From Thermodesulfobacteriota bacterium (GTDB lineage: Bacteria; Desulfobacterota; Desulfobulbia; Desulfobulbales; SURF-16), in contig JBFMAY010000056.1 of assembly GCA_040755455.1 (NCBI GenBank), positions 1 to 19,572 of the forward strand: a stretch of DNA of 19,572 nucleotides, in the 5' to 3' direction. The notes under the pieces are model-generated. The model was not told where the DNA came from. It saw only the letters and a program-made list of their open reading frames with translations, and did no database searches. Position numbers and translations under genes: made by a program. Positions within the stretch are counted from its first letter, which is position 1. Each line of letters opens with the position of its first letter. Below, in pieces: positions 8,568-17,811 of this stretch.

Positions 8568-8755
8568 GCTCCATTCCACAGTGACGGAAGAACCGCTCTT
8601 CGGCCGTTAAATTTATCATCGTATTACGCAGCTGAACCCTCATGTATTCAGCCTGTTTTCTTTTCATTATATATACGGCTGATGAACTAATATCAATTAC
8701 TTTTCACAGACAGTCTCTCTCTCTCGCTCTCTTGTATGCCGCAGGCAAGAAACAT

Positions 8756-8795
8756 GGAATACGGGGGTGGACATGTATTTCCACCTCCGTATTCC
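8756..8795 (-). terminator. Stem-loop downstream of the PHP esterase gene (probable terminator)
   Basis: GGAATACGGGGGTGGA / TCCACCTCCGTATTCC is a 16-bp inverted repeat with one mismatch, 36 nt after the stop codon. The U-tract on the minus strand is weak (ATGTTTCTTG). Confidence 0.55.
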
Positions 8796-8831
8796 GGTTT
8801 CAACAAGCATGAGATCAGGGTTACCGCCCAA

Positions 8832-10526
8832 CTATTTCACAGTGATAAAAATCGGATTTGAGTAGAACCAGAGATCGGCCCAGGCCTCTTTAGCCTCGTC
8901 CAGTCCGAGATTGGCAGTGGCCAGCGAGTCGGCCAGCGGATTGCCCATTTCGTCGGTCTCGAAAGGTGAATTGACCGGCTGATTGGTGCCGCGCAGCCGG
9001 TAGTACGTGCTCTTGTCCAGACCCTTGACCGGATAGGTAATGACGTTGAAACCGTCTTCATCCAGTTCCCAGTCTGCGGAGGTGAAAGTGGCAATCACTT
9101 TTGTGGACTCGTTGCTGGCCTTGGTGTAATCCGGGCTGTCCGGGGCAACCAGGCCGGTGATCTCGCCGGCGATGAGGTCGATATGGTCCACCACCGGGGT
9201 GTCCCCGTTGTTGTTCATCGCAGGGCTCTTGAACTTGATCTTGATTACCAGAGGTTCCTCTGCCGCATGACGTTTTTTGATCTGCATATCTCCCCCCATC
9301 TCCACCTGGCGAGAGTTGTATCTGGCGGTGAACTCCAGGGCGTTGATCAGATCCCCCATGACATGGAATGAGTTGCCGGAGCGGAGGCCGCTTGCGATTT
9401 CGTCCAGCGAGACTTCTCCATCGTGGTTTTCGTCAACCGCCTTGGTCAAGGTCCGCTGGTATTCGCCCGGGTAGAAGTCGTCACCGCTGGCTGTGTAATG
9501 ACGATGGTAGTCGGAGCTGGCAAAGTTGTACCAGTGGCGCCCTTCACCCAGCAGGGCATCCCACAGGCCGCCCAGGACTGCCGTGTAGAATCCGGCTCCG
9601 CCGTATGTTCCGCCAAAGGCTTTGCTGCCGAACCCGCCTCGGTCTGCATTGGCCTGATGGCCGGGAGCCCCTTCAAAGCCGAAACAGACGTCGGGACCGG
9701 CATTATTGAAGTCGCGGAAGTTGCTGATGTCGTATCCGCCGGTGCTCCAGTCTCCATTTCTTTCAATATGGGCGAAAATGATCCACCCGTTGTCGATCCT
9801 GTCCTCATCAAGTTGCTGCTGCATCCAGGCGCAGCCGGCAACGGCATCGGCATGCTGCTCCTCGACGGACTTGCTGGTGATGATTTTACTGCCGTCAACC
9901 CATTCATAGATCTTGCCGTTCTGTTTGCTCAGAACACCGTACGGGGTTGCTTCTCCCTCCCTGCTGGTGTCATCGTCTGATTTGTCAAAAATAAACTCAA
10001 AGGCGCTGATGGCGCTGGCGTCTTCGGCGACAATCCCGGTGCTGCAATGCTCATGGCCGGGCACATTCCATTCCAGACCGGAAGCGATTTTTCTGTCAGC
10101 ATAGTAGATGGCGCGGTTTCGCTCGATGTCCGGGTAGGCGAAATCCCTCAGGGACTGCCAGCGGTACATGTAGCCTTTTTCAGGGAAATCACCCAGGATC
10201 GGATTGACGGAATACTTGCTGGTATCAAGCCAGCTTACGCCCTCGCTGTCGCGGTTACGCGCTCCGCCATGTTCGGAATTGGCCCACCAGTCAAGGCCGA
10301 ACTCATTGTTTTTTTCCATGACGAAGTCAAATGTCGTTGAGCCGTCGGTGTATAAGGTATGCTGATGGAAATCGCCGGCAAGCCAGATGCCGGCGCCTTT
10401 TTTATGATCAAAGTGTCTATCATGCTTGTGAGTCGTGTCTTGATTTTTTGCTTCAGTTGAGGCGGCCATCATGAGTGGCGCCACCAAGGTTACAGTCAAG
10501 GCAATTGCTTTAAAATATCTCTTCAT
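8832..10526 (-). CDS. Secreted PHP-family metal-dependent phosphoesterase (histidinol-phosphatase-like fold)
   Basis: Signal peptide MKRYFKAIALTVTLVAPLMMAASTEA. PHP motifs WLAGDFHQHTLYTDG, GLDWWANSEHG, GLEWNVPGHEH, FAHIER, ASSDYH, and C-terminal WFYSNPIFI. AAGGAG RBS. Confidence 0.75.
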   Translation of the reverse strand: MKRYFKAIALTVTLVAPLMMAASTEAKNQDTTHKHDRHFDHKKGAGIWLAGDFHQHTLYTDGSTTFDFVMEKNNEFGLDWWANSEHGGARNRDSEGVSWLDTSKYSVNPILGDFPEKGYMYRWQSLRDFAYPDIERNRAIYYADRKIASGLEWNVPGHEHCSTGIVAEDASAISAFEFIFDKSDDDTSREGEATPYGVLSKQNGKIYEWVDGSKIITSKSVEEQHADAVAGCAWMQQQLDEDRIDNGWIIFAHIERNGDWSTGGYDISNFRDFNNAGPDVCFGFEGAPGHQANADRGGFGSKAFGGTYGGAGFYTAVLGGLWDALLGEGRHWYNFASSDYHRHYTASGDDFYPGEYQRTLTKAVDENHDGEVSLDEIASGLRSGNSFHVMGDLINALEFTARYNSRQVEMGGDMQIKKRHAAEEPLVIKIKFKSPAMNNNGDTPVVDHIDLIAGEITGLVAPDSPDYTKASNESTKVIATFTSADWELDEDGFNVITYPVKGLDKSTYYRLRGTNQPVNSPFETDEMGNPLADSLATANLGLDEAKEAWADLWFYSNPIFITVK

Positions 10527-10780
10527 TCTCTTACTCCTTTATTTTAATGTGAATGGACGGGTTAGCGTAGATTACGTCTCCTTCTCCTGGTAAAACTCTT
10601 TGTGTCACCTCCTCATCCGATAGAATTTTTTCATAAAATGAGAATACGGGAAATCCCGGTAAGTATTTGTTGTCAGCAACCGGTTAAGGAAATTCCTGGC
10701 ATTGATGCATTTGGCCCATGGGCATGGCTCGTGATCGTTTTCCTTATTGTGCGTGGGGTTACGTCAGGATAAATGGGGAA

Positions 10781-10841
10781 TGTGAGATTTTGATAAAGGG
10801 GAAAATAGATTTGTGTTAGGAGAAAATTAAAAAAATATTAG
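10781..10841 (-). promoter_or_regulatory. Putative Pho-box array upstream of the PHP phosphoesterase
   Basis: Minus-strand hexamers at exact 11-bp spacing: CTAATA, TTAATT, CTAACA, CTATTT, TTTATC, CTCACA. Segment 10815-10841 matches 244-270 at 21/27 nt. Confidence 0.6.
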
Positions 10842-10937
10842 CAGCGGAATTTTTAGTTCATTTATTACCAGATGGTTAGAAAATGGGGAGAGAGGTGGAG
10901 GAATAACGAGCGGAATTTTCGCCGGCAGGGGAATGCC

Positions 10938-11921
10938 TTACATGATGCCTTTTTCTTGCCAGAATTTGATGGCGCCGGGATGGAGCGGTGTGACGATACC
11001 CTTGACCCCATCCTTGATACACATTGCCCCGGCAGTCTTTTTCAACCGGCGCATGTAGGTAAGTCCCTCATCCGTATAGATTAATGAGAGAAGCGTGTAA
11101 ATAACTTCGGACGGCACATCTTTGTTGGCAACCCACAGAGCAGAGTCCTGGTATGATTCAACGTCTCTGTCCAACCCCTTGTAAGTGCCTGCGGGGATGA
11201 CGACTTTGGAGAAAAAAGGATATTTCTTGAAAAAACCATTTGCCTCTGCTGGGTGATAAAGATCGATGATGTCTATGGCATTGTTCTCTGCCGCCATGAC
11301 GGCAGCGTCGCTGGGGAAACCGACAAACAGCCAGAAAGCATCGAGCTGGTTGTTGCCGAAAGAGACCGCCGCATCGTTATAGCCCATGGGGTTTCTTTGT
11401 ATTTTGTCCCACAGCCCCAGATGGCTGAAAAAACGTTCGCAGTTGGCGTATGCGCCAGACCCATCATTGCCCACCCCCACATTGAGTCCGGCAAGCTGGT
11501 TGAGTTGTTTAATCCCCGAATCCCTGCGGACAATGAGCTGGGCGGGGGCGCCATAGAAGTAGCTTACGGCAAGAACATTATCATAGCGAGTCGGATCGTT
11601 TTTCAGCAGGCCGTTGCGTCCCATATAAAGCTCGCCTGAATAGACAACGGCCATGGCATATGTGCCTGAATGGACTTTGCGCAGATTTTCCACCGATCCG
11701 GCGGAAGCCTTTGCCTGTACTTTGAAATCATGGATCTCTTTTATCGGTTCATATAAAGAAATGCCCGCGGCCATGAACTGGAATGTCCCGCCGGCAGGTC
11801 CACCGCCGAAAATATAGATATCCTCGGCATGCCCTGCAGAGGGGAAATTCAGTATAAGAGCCAGTAAAATGCATATCCTGCCCAGGGAATTGAAGAAAGC
11901 GAAGCTCATTGTTCTGCTCAT
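10938..11921 (-). CDS. TAXI-family TRAP transporter solute-binding subunit
   Basis: Signal-like N-terminus, then GGGPAGGTF, SAGSVENL, L.G..VGVG..GSG, LDAF...G.P and C-terminal PLHPGAIKFWQEKG typical of TAXI receptors. Alternative start at 11909. Confidence 0.88.
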   Translation of the reverse strand: MSRTMSFAFFNSLGRICILLALILNFPSAGHAEDIYIFGGGPAGGTFQFMAAGISLYEPIKEIHDFKVQAKASAGSVENLRKVHSGTYAMAVVYSGELYMGRNGLLKNDPTRYDNVLAVSYFYGAPAQLIVRRDSGIKQLNQLAGLNVGVGNDGSGAYANCERFFSHLGLWDKIQRNPMGYNDAAVSFGNNQLDAFWLFVGFPSDAAVMAAENNAIDIIDLYHPAEANGFFKKYPFFSKVVIPAGTYKGLDRDVESYQDSALWVANKDVPSEVIYTLLSLIYTDEGLTYMRRLKKTAGAMCIKDGVKGIVTPLHPGAIKFWQEKGIM

Positions 11922-11943
11922 TGGCGTTGTTTAAAGGGGTAAA

Positions 11944-12705
11944 CTATTCCGAAAAGAGGGCCGCTTTGATAAATTCTCTGTTCAGTCTGGCAATATGCCG
12001 GATGGAAATACCCTTAGGACAGGCGGCCTCGCATTCCCGCTCATTGCTGCAGTTACCGAAACCGAGCTCATCCATTTTGCCGACCATGTTGAGTGCCCGT
12101 TCCTTGCGCTCAGGATGTCCTTGGGGCAGCAGCGCCAACTGGGAGACCTTGGCGCTGACAAAGAGCATGGCAGAGGCATTGGGGCAGGCCGCCACACAGG
12201 CCCCGCAGCCGATGCAGGCAGCGGCGTCCATCGCCTGCTCAGCCGTTTGCTGGGGGATGGGAATGGTATTGGCGTCAGGCGCGCCCCCTGTGTTGACCGA
12301 GACATAGCCGCCGGCCTGGATGATTTCGTCAAGGCTGCTGCGGTCGACCACCAGATCCTTTTCTATCCTGAACGCTCTGGCGCGGAATGGTTCGATAACA
12401 AGGTGATCGCCATCCTTAAAGTGACGCATGTGGAGCTGACAAAGGGTGGTGCCCGGTTCCGGTCCGTGGGGCTGGCCATTGACAACAGCCCCGCACATGC
12501 CGCAGATCCCCTCGCGGCAGTCATGATCAAACGCCACCGGCTCCCCGCCCTCCAGGGTAAGTTTTTCATTCAGTACATCAAGCATTTCCAGAAACGACAT
12601 GGCGGTTGATATGCCGGTCAGGCTGTATTCCTGAAAACTTCCTTGGGCGTCGGGATTTTCCTGGCGCCAGATTTTGAGATTTATGTCAATTTTTTTGCTC
12701 TGCAT
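11944..12705 (-). CDS. sdhB: Succinate dehydrogenase/fumarate reductase iron-sulfur subunit
   Basis: [10 protein letters not shown]...TLC (2Fe-2S), [12 protein letters not shown] and [14 protein letters not shown] (4Fe-4S/3Fe-4S clusters). Confidence 0.95.
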   Translation of the reverse strand: MQSKKIDINLKIWRQENPDAQGSFQEYSLTGISTAMSFLEMLDVLNEKLTLEGGEPVAFDHDCREGICGMCGAVVNGQPHGPEPGTTLCQLHMRHFKDGDHLVIEPFRARAFRIEKDLVVDRSSLDEIIQAGGYVSVNTGGAPDANTIPIPQQTAEQAMDAAACIGCGACVAACPNASAMLFVSAKVSQLALLPQGHPERKERALNMVGKMDELGFGNCSNERECEAACPKGISIRHIARLNREFIKAALFSE

Positions 12706-12707
12706 CG

Positions 12708-14624
12708 TTATTTATAACTTCGCTGGCTGGGCGTTACGTATTCAAAGGTGAGGGACTCCTTGTGCAGAACGGCTGTTTTACCCGCTCCCTGGTATTCCCA
12801 GGCGGCAACGTAGGCATACTTTTCATCATCCCGTTTTGCCTCGTTTTCCTCGGTCTGGCTTTCTTCCCGTAAATGGCAGCCGCAGGATTCCTGCCGGTCA
12901 AGGGCGTCGGCCACCATGAGTTCGGCAAATTCCAGGAAGTCAGCCAGTCTTCCGGCCCGCTCCAGGGACTGATTGAGCTGCTGCCCGGTGCCGGGTATCA
13001 GCACATTGTTCCAGAATTCCTCCCTCATTTGCGGAATCCTGGCCAGGGCCTTCTGCAGACCCGATCTGTCGCGGGCCATGCCGCAATGGTCCCACAGCAG
13101 TTTGCCGAGTTCCTTGTGGATGTCGTCCGTGGTTCGTTTGCCTTTGACTGCCAGCAGTCTGGTGATGAGGGCCTCGGCATCCTTTTCCGTTTCGGCAAAA
13201 ACTCGGGCTGATCTGTCCGGTACCCCGGGTGCGCAGCCGGACAGATAAGCCCCTATGGTGTTGGGCAGGATGAAGTAGCCGTCGGCCAGGCCCTGCATAA
13301 GCGCGCTTGCCCCGAGGCGGTTGGCGCCGTGATCGGAAAAATTCGCCTCCCCCAGCACAAAGAGGCCGGGGATGGTGCTCATCAGGTTGTAATCAACCCA
13401 GAGACCGCCCATGGTGTAGTGCACTGCGGGGTAGATCATCATGGGCTGTTTGACCGGGTCTTGATCCGTTATTTTTTCATACATCTGGAAGAGATTGCCG
13501 TATTTGCGTAAAATTGTCTCAGTGCCGTCTCGTTTGATGGCCTCGGCAAAGTCAAGATAGACGGCCAGACCGGTTTCACCGACGCCCCTGCTGCTGTCAC
13601 ACACCTCCTTGGCATTGCGGGAGGCCACATCCCGTGGGACAAGATTGCCGAAACCGGGATATTTGGTTTCCAGATAATAATCGCGTTCAGCTTCCGGGAT
13701 TTGCGTCGGCGGTCTTTTGTCCCCGGCTTTTTTGGGGACCCAGACCCGGCCGTCGTTGCGCAGGCTTTCGCTCATCAGCGTCAGTTTTGACTGATAGTCG
13801 CCATGCACCGGGATGCAGGTGGGGTGGATCTGCACGAAACAGGGATTGGCGAAAAACGCCCCTTTTTTATGGGCCCGCCATGCCGCGGTCACGTTTGAGG
13901 CCATGGCATTGGTGGAAAGAAAGTAGACGTTGCCGTAACCGCCGGTGGCAAGCACCACGGCATGGGCCGCGTGGGAGGCGATGGCTCCTGTCCGCATGTC
14001 CCGGGTGACGATACCCTTGGCCTTGCCGGCCTCCACCACCAGATCCATCATTTCCTGCCGGGCATGGATGGTTACCTTGCCGAGATGCACCTGGCGCATG
14101 AGGGCGCTGTAAGCACCGAGGAGGAGCTGCTGGCCGGTCTGCCCTCTGGCGTAAAAGGTGCGTGAGACCTGGGCCCCGCCGAAAGAGCGGTTGGCCAGGG
14201 AGCCGCCGTACTCCCTGGCAAAGGGCACCCCCTGTGCCACGCATTGATCAATGATGTTGTTGCTGAGCTGGGCCAGCCGGTAGACATTGGCCTCCCGTGC
14301 CCGGAAGTCGCCTCCCTTGATGGTGTCATAAAAAAGACGGAAAACGCTGTCGCCGTCGTTCTGGTAATTTTTGGCGGCATTGATGCCGCCCTGGGCGGCG
14401 ATGCTGTGGGCCCGGCGGGGGCTGTCCTGGATGGTGAATACCTGCACATTATAGCCGAGTTCGGCAAGCGTTGCCGCAGCGGAAGCACCGGCAAGACCTG
14501 AACCGACGACAATAATATGATATTTCCTCTTGTTCGCCGGATTGACGAGTTTGCTGGCAAAGCGGTGTTTGTCCCATTTTTCCGCCAGGGGGCCGTCCGG
14601 TATTTTCGCATCAAGTTTCATCAT
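12708..14624 (-). CDS. sdhA: Succinate dehydrogenase/fumarate reductase flavoprotein subunit
   Basis: [11 protein letters not shown] motif, [12 protein letters not shown] covalent-FAD His, [32 protein letters not shown]. Start is 14624 or 14621. Confidence 0.95.
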   Translation of the reverse strand: MMKLDAKIPDGPLAEKWDKHRFASKLVNPANKRKYHIIVVGSGLAGASAAATLAELGYNVQVFTIQDSPRRAHSIAAQGGINAAKNYQNDGDSVFRLFYDTIKGGDFRAREANVYRLAQLSNNIIDQCVAQGVPFAREYGGSLANRSFGGAQVSRTFYARGQTGQQLLLGAYSALMRQVHLGKVTIHARQEMMDLVVEAGKAKGIVTRDMRTGAIASHAAHAVVLATGGYGNVYFLSTNAMASNVTAAWRAHKKGAFFANPCFVQIHPTCIPVHGDYQSKLTLMSESLRNDGRVWVPKKAGDKRPPTQIPEAERDYYLETKYPGFGNLVPRDVASRNAKEVCDSSRGVGETGLAVYLDFAEAIKRDGTETILRKYGNLFQMYEKITDQDPVKQPMMIYPAVHYTMGGLWVDYNLMSTIPGLFVLGEANFSDHGANRLGASALMQGLADGYFILPNTIGAYLSGCAPGVPDRSARVFAETEKDAEALITRLLAVKGKRTTDDIHKELGKLLWDHCGMARDRSGLQKALARIPQMREEFWNNVLIPGTGQQLNQSLERAGRLADFLEFAELMVADALDRQESCGCHLREESQTEENEAKRDDEKYAYVAAWEYQGAGKTAVLHKESLTFEYVTPSQRSYK

Positions 14625-14635
14625 GTCTCACTGGA

Positions 14636-15283
14636 TTAAAGGAGAAACTCTTTTATCAGTAACGCGCAGAGGGGGATGAGAATAAATATGGCAGAGAGCA
14701 CAATGGCCGCCCCCAACGTCCCGGTGCGCAATGCCGCGTTATATTGCGGATGGTTTATGCCGAGGCTCTGGAAAAGGCTCCAGAAGCCATGGCTGATATG
14801 TAAGGCGAGAACAGCCATGGCGGAGATATAGAAGAGGGAATAAACCGGCTGACTCAGAACGTTTTTGACGATGTCGGCAATGGGAATGGAGTGATCAGTG
14901 AAGTGAAAGTTCACCAGGTGGACCACAAGAAAAATGAGGATGACGACGCCGGTGTAAGGCATGGTCCGTGATCCGGGGGTGCGCCCTCCTGACGATCGTT
15001 CCACCTGATAGCGGACCGGTCTGGCCTGACTGTTCTGCAGGAAGAGGGTAATGCCCAGAAAAATGTGCAGCAGAAAAACGGCAAGCAGGGCGAGCTCGAA
15101 GAGAGGAACCAGGACACCCAGAGAGTGCAGCTTGGCGGCATAGGAGTTGAAGGCGTCACTACCGAGGAATGAGGTGGCGTTTCCCACTCCGTGGACAAGC
15201 AGGAAAAAGGTGAGCAGTGCTCCGCTGATAGCCATGAGGATTTTCTGGCCGACTGATGATCGTAATGTCTGGCTGAGTGTCAT
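14636..15283 (-). CDS. sdhC: Succinate dehydrogenase/fumarate reductase cytochrome b subunit (single 5-TM anchor)
   Basis: SSVGQKILMAISG...LLVHGVGN, LLHIFLG, VVHLVNF and ALHISHGFWSLFQSLG give four membrane His residues (di-heme b558 type). First gene of the operon. Confidence 0.92.
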   Translation of the reverse strand: MTLSQTLRSSVGQKILMAISGALLTFFLLVHGVGNATSFLGSDAFNSYAAKLHSLGVLVPLFELALLAVFLLHIFLGITLFLQNSQARPVRYQVERSSGGRTPGSRTMPYTGVVILIFLVVHLVNFHFTDHSIPIADIVKNVLSQPVYSLFYISAMAVLALHISHGFWSLFQSLGINHPQYNAALRTGTLGAAIVLSAIFILIPLCALLIKEFLL

Positions 15284-15583
15284 AACTTGAGAGTATTCCT
15301 AAAAAAGACGGCGTTCAAGTCTGCAGAAAATATAAATAAAATATTTATATATTATTGAGTTGTAAAAGGCCAGTAGTTTTACCTAGCTTGTTTTTGGCCA
15401 ATGCAGACACAATGACACAGTGGCGTGCAGTTTGTGCCGGAATTGTTATATAAAATACCATTGGCTATCCGCAATATTTTCGGCAAAATTTATTTGTAAG
15501 GCAGGCTGTTTTGGGTCACCAGCAGATAGCAGGTCAGTGGGGATTGAGGTAAAGTCTATTGAGTCGAAATGAGGCGTGATTGG

Positions 15584-16537
15584 TTATCTGAGCATCATTT
15601 TCTCAAGAAGATACAGAAGACCGTTTTGTTCAAGTCTTTTCAGTCCAGCCTGTCTTGCCGAGCGGACAGCCTGCTGGTATTCTTCATGGGAAAGGGGTTT
15701 GTCGATGGGAGGAAAATTTCTCGCCTTATACAGGGGGCGGTACTGCTCCATGACATTGACATAGGTTTGCGCGGAGAGTGCCGCAAGAAAATTCATTATT
15801 TCTGTGGTCTCGGCAAGGCAGCCGGGCATGACGAGATGGCGGACCAGGAGGCCTTTGACGGCGATGCCGTTGGCGTCTGCTTGTAAGTCGCCGACCTGTC
15901 GATGCATTTCACTGATGGCTTTTCTGGCCTTGTCCGGATAATCAGGGGCATTGGCAAAGCGTTTGGATGACTTGCTGCTCCAGAACTTGAAGTCAGGCAT
16001 GTAGATGTCGACAATGCCGTCAAGCAGCCGCAGGGTAGCCAACGAGTCATAGCCGCTGCTGTTGTAAACCAGGGGAAGGGTGAGTCCCTTCTCGATTGCC
16101 GCGGGTAATGCCGCGGCAATCTGCGGCACGACATGGCTCGGGGTCACGAGGTTGATGTTGTGGCAGCCCTGCTTCTGCAGACTTATCATAATGGCCGCCA
16201 ACTGGCCGCTGTCCACCTCTATGCCTTCACCCTGGTGGCTGATGCTGTAGTTCTGGCAGAAAATGCAGCCGAGATTACAGTTGCTGAAGAAAATGGTACC
16301 GGAGCCGCTGGCCCCCACAAGGCAGGATTCTTCCCCAAAATGTGGGCTGTAACTTGCCACGACCGCATTTTTCCCGGTTCGGCACAATCCCTTCTCGCCG
16401 TCAATCCTGTTCACCTTGCAGCGGCGCGGGCAAAGTATACAATGTTCAAGAATCGCTGTAAGCTGATCGATTCTTTTGGTCAGCTCGCCTGATTGATACA
16501 GAGCGAGATAGCCTGCTGATTTTTTATTTTTTGTCAT
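15584..16537 (-). CDS. Radical SAM protein, PflX-like (pyruvate formate-lyase activating enzyme-like)
   Basis: N-terminal CILCPRRCKVNR...GLC, HFGEE, GSGTIFFSNCNLGCIFCQN (CxxxCxxC), HNINLVTPSH, DIYMPDFK, LLVRHLVMPG. Start ATG 16537 chosen. Confidence 0.9.
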   Translation of the reverse strand: MTKNKKSAGYLALYQSGELTKRIDQLTAILEHCILCPRRCKVNRIDGEKGLCRTGKNAVVASYSPHFGEESCLVGASGSGTIFFSNCNLGCIFCQNYSISHQGEGIEVDSGQLAAIMISLQKQGCHNINLVTPSHVVPQIAAALPAAIEKGLTLPLVYNSSGYDSLATLRLLDGIVDIYMPDFKFWSSKSSKRFANAPDYPDKARKAISEMHRQVGDLQADANGIAVKGLLVRHLVMPGCLAETTEIMNFLAALSAQTYVNVMEQYRPLYKARNFPPIDKPLSHEEYQQAVRSARQAGLKRLEQNGLLYLLEKMMLR

Positions 16538-16629
16538 TTCACGGACGCGGCAAAAATGATAGTGTGGCTTTCCTTTTGGTGTTATCAACTGATAGATAGA
16601 ATTTTACCAGGAAGTTACGGAATCTGTCC

Positions 16630-17670
16630 ATGCAAGGATGGCAAAATATACTCAAAAAAAGCCTCATAAGTGCCGAACATATCCCGGCGCACTTCGGGCC
16701 TTACGATGAAAGTATTACCCGGGCGGCCAGTCTCTATCCCATGCGGATCAATCCTTATTATATGGGGTTGATACAGAAAAAAGATGATCCGATCTGGAAA
16801 CAGGCCGTGCCTTCAATTGATGAACTGCAGGATGAAGTCTGTTTCGACGACCCGTTGAATGAAGAGAATCTCAGCCCGGTGCCCAACCTCATTCACAAGT
16901 ATCCGGACCGGGTACTTTTTCTTGTCTCTTCGCAATGCGCCATGTACTGTCGTTTCTGCACCCGCAAGCGCAAGGTGGGTACCCAGCGGATGGTTATCTC
17001 CAAGGAGACTGTTGCGGCCGGGATAGATTATATCGGCAGTCATCCTGAAATCAGGGATGTGCTGATTTCAGGCGGAGATCCTTTATTGCTTGCCGATGAG
17101 CGGCTGGATGAAATCCTGACGGCAGTGAGAGCTATTAGCTCGGTCGAAATCATCCGCATCGGCACACGGGTGCCATGCACCCTGCCCATGCGAGTAACGG
17201 TACGTCTTGCCAAGCTGTTAAAAAAATTTCATCCCCTCTACATTAACACCCATTTCAACCATCCGGCTGAAATTACGCCACAGTCGGCGAAAGCCTGCGG
17301 CCGCCTTGCCGATGCGGGTATTCCCCTGAGCTGCCAGACCGTTCTTTTGCGCGGCATCAACGATGATCCGCATATCATGCGTGAACTCATGCACAGGCTG
17401 TTGTGCATCAGGGTGAGGCCTTATTACCTTTTTCAGGCAGACATGACCCGCGGCACCAACCATTTCCGCACGTCAATTGCCACGGGCAAGGAGATCATGA
17501 GATCCTTGATAGGATATACTTCAGGGCTTGCCGTGCCGACTTATGCCTTGGATGCGCCCGGCGGAGGCGGTAAAATTCCCCTGTTGCCGGATTATATAAC
17601 CGATGATGGGGACCGGCTGGTCTTTACCAACTATCAAGGGAAAACCTGTTTCTACGAAACGATCAAGTAG
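16630..17670 (+). CDS. KamA-family radical SAM protein (lysine 2,3-aminomutase-like)
   Basis: HKYPDRVL, CAMYCRFCTRKR, DVLISGGDPL, IRIGTR, NTHFNHP, QTVLLRGIND, RPYYLFQ, and DAPGGGGKIP carrying the PLP lysine. Confidence 0.9.
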   Translation: MQGWQNILKKSLISAEHIPAHFGPYDESITRAASLYPMRINPYYMGLIQKKDDPIWKQAVPSIDELQDEVCFDDPLNEENLSPVPNLIHKYPDRVLFLVSSQCAMYCRFCTRKRKVGTQRMVISKETVAAGIDYIGSHPEIRDVLISGGDPLLLADERLDEILTAVRAISSVEIIRIGTRVPCTLPMRVTVRLAKLLKKFHPLYINTHFNHPAEITPQSAKACGRLADAGIPLSCQTVLLRGINDDPHIMRELMHRLLCIRVRPYYLFQADMTRGTNHFRTSIATGKEIMRSLIGYTSGLAVPTYALDAPGGGGKIPLLPDYITDDGDRLVFTNYQGKTCFYETIK

Positions 17671-17761
17671 CGGCAAGGTGTTTAACCGACTGAAAAAAAC
17701 GGTGTTCAGCATAACCGGAACAAAGAAGGTGCCATTCATGCTGGGAATTTTGATTACCAAT

Positions 17762-17795
17762 AAAAAAGGACGATCGAGAGTGATCGTCCTTTTTT
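17762..17795. terminator. Bidirectional intrinsic terminator
   Basis: AAAAAA-GGACGATC-GAGAGT-GATCGTCC-TTTTTT between the convergent KamA-like and FN3 genes. Confidence 0.9.
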
Positions 17796-17811
17796 GTTAT
17801 CTTTTTGCCGG

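Noticed and set aside
8714..8732. (CT)n run upstream of the phoH-family gene
   Set aside because: Short interrupted microsatellite with no evidence for phase variation.
11909..14614. Alternative-frame and antisense ORFs across sdhAB
   Set aside because: They overlap well-supported conserved genes and have no independent evidence.
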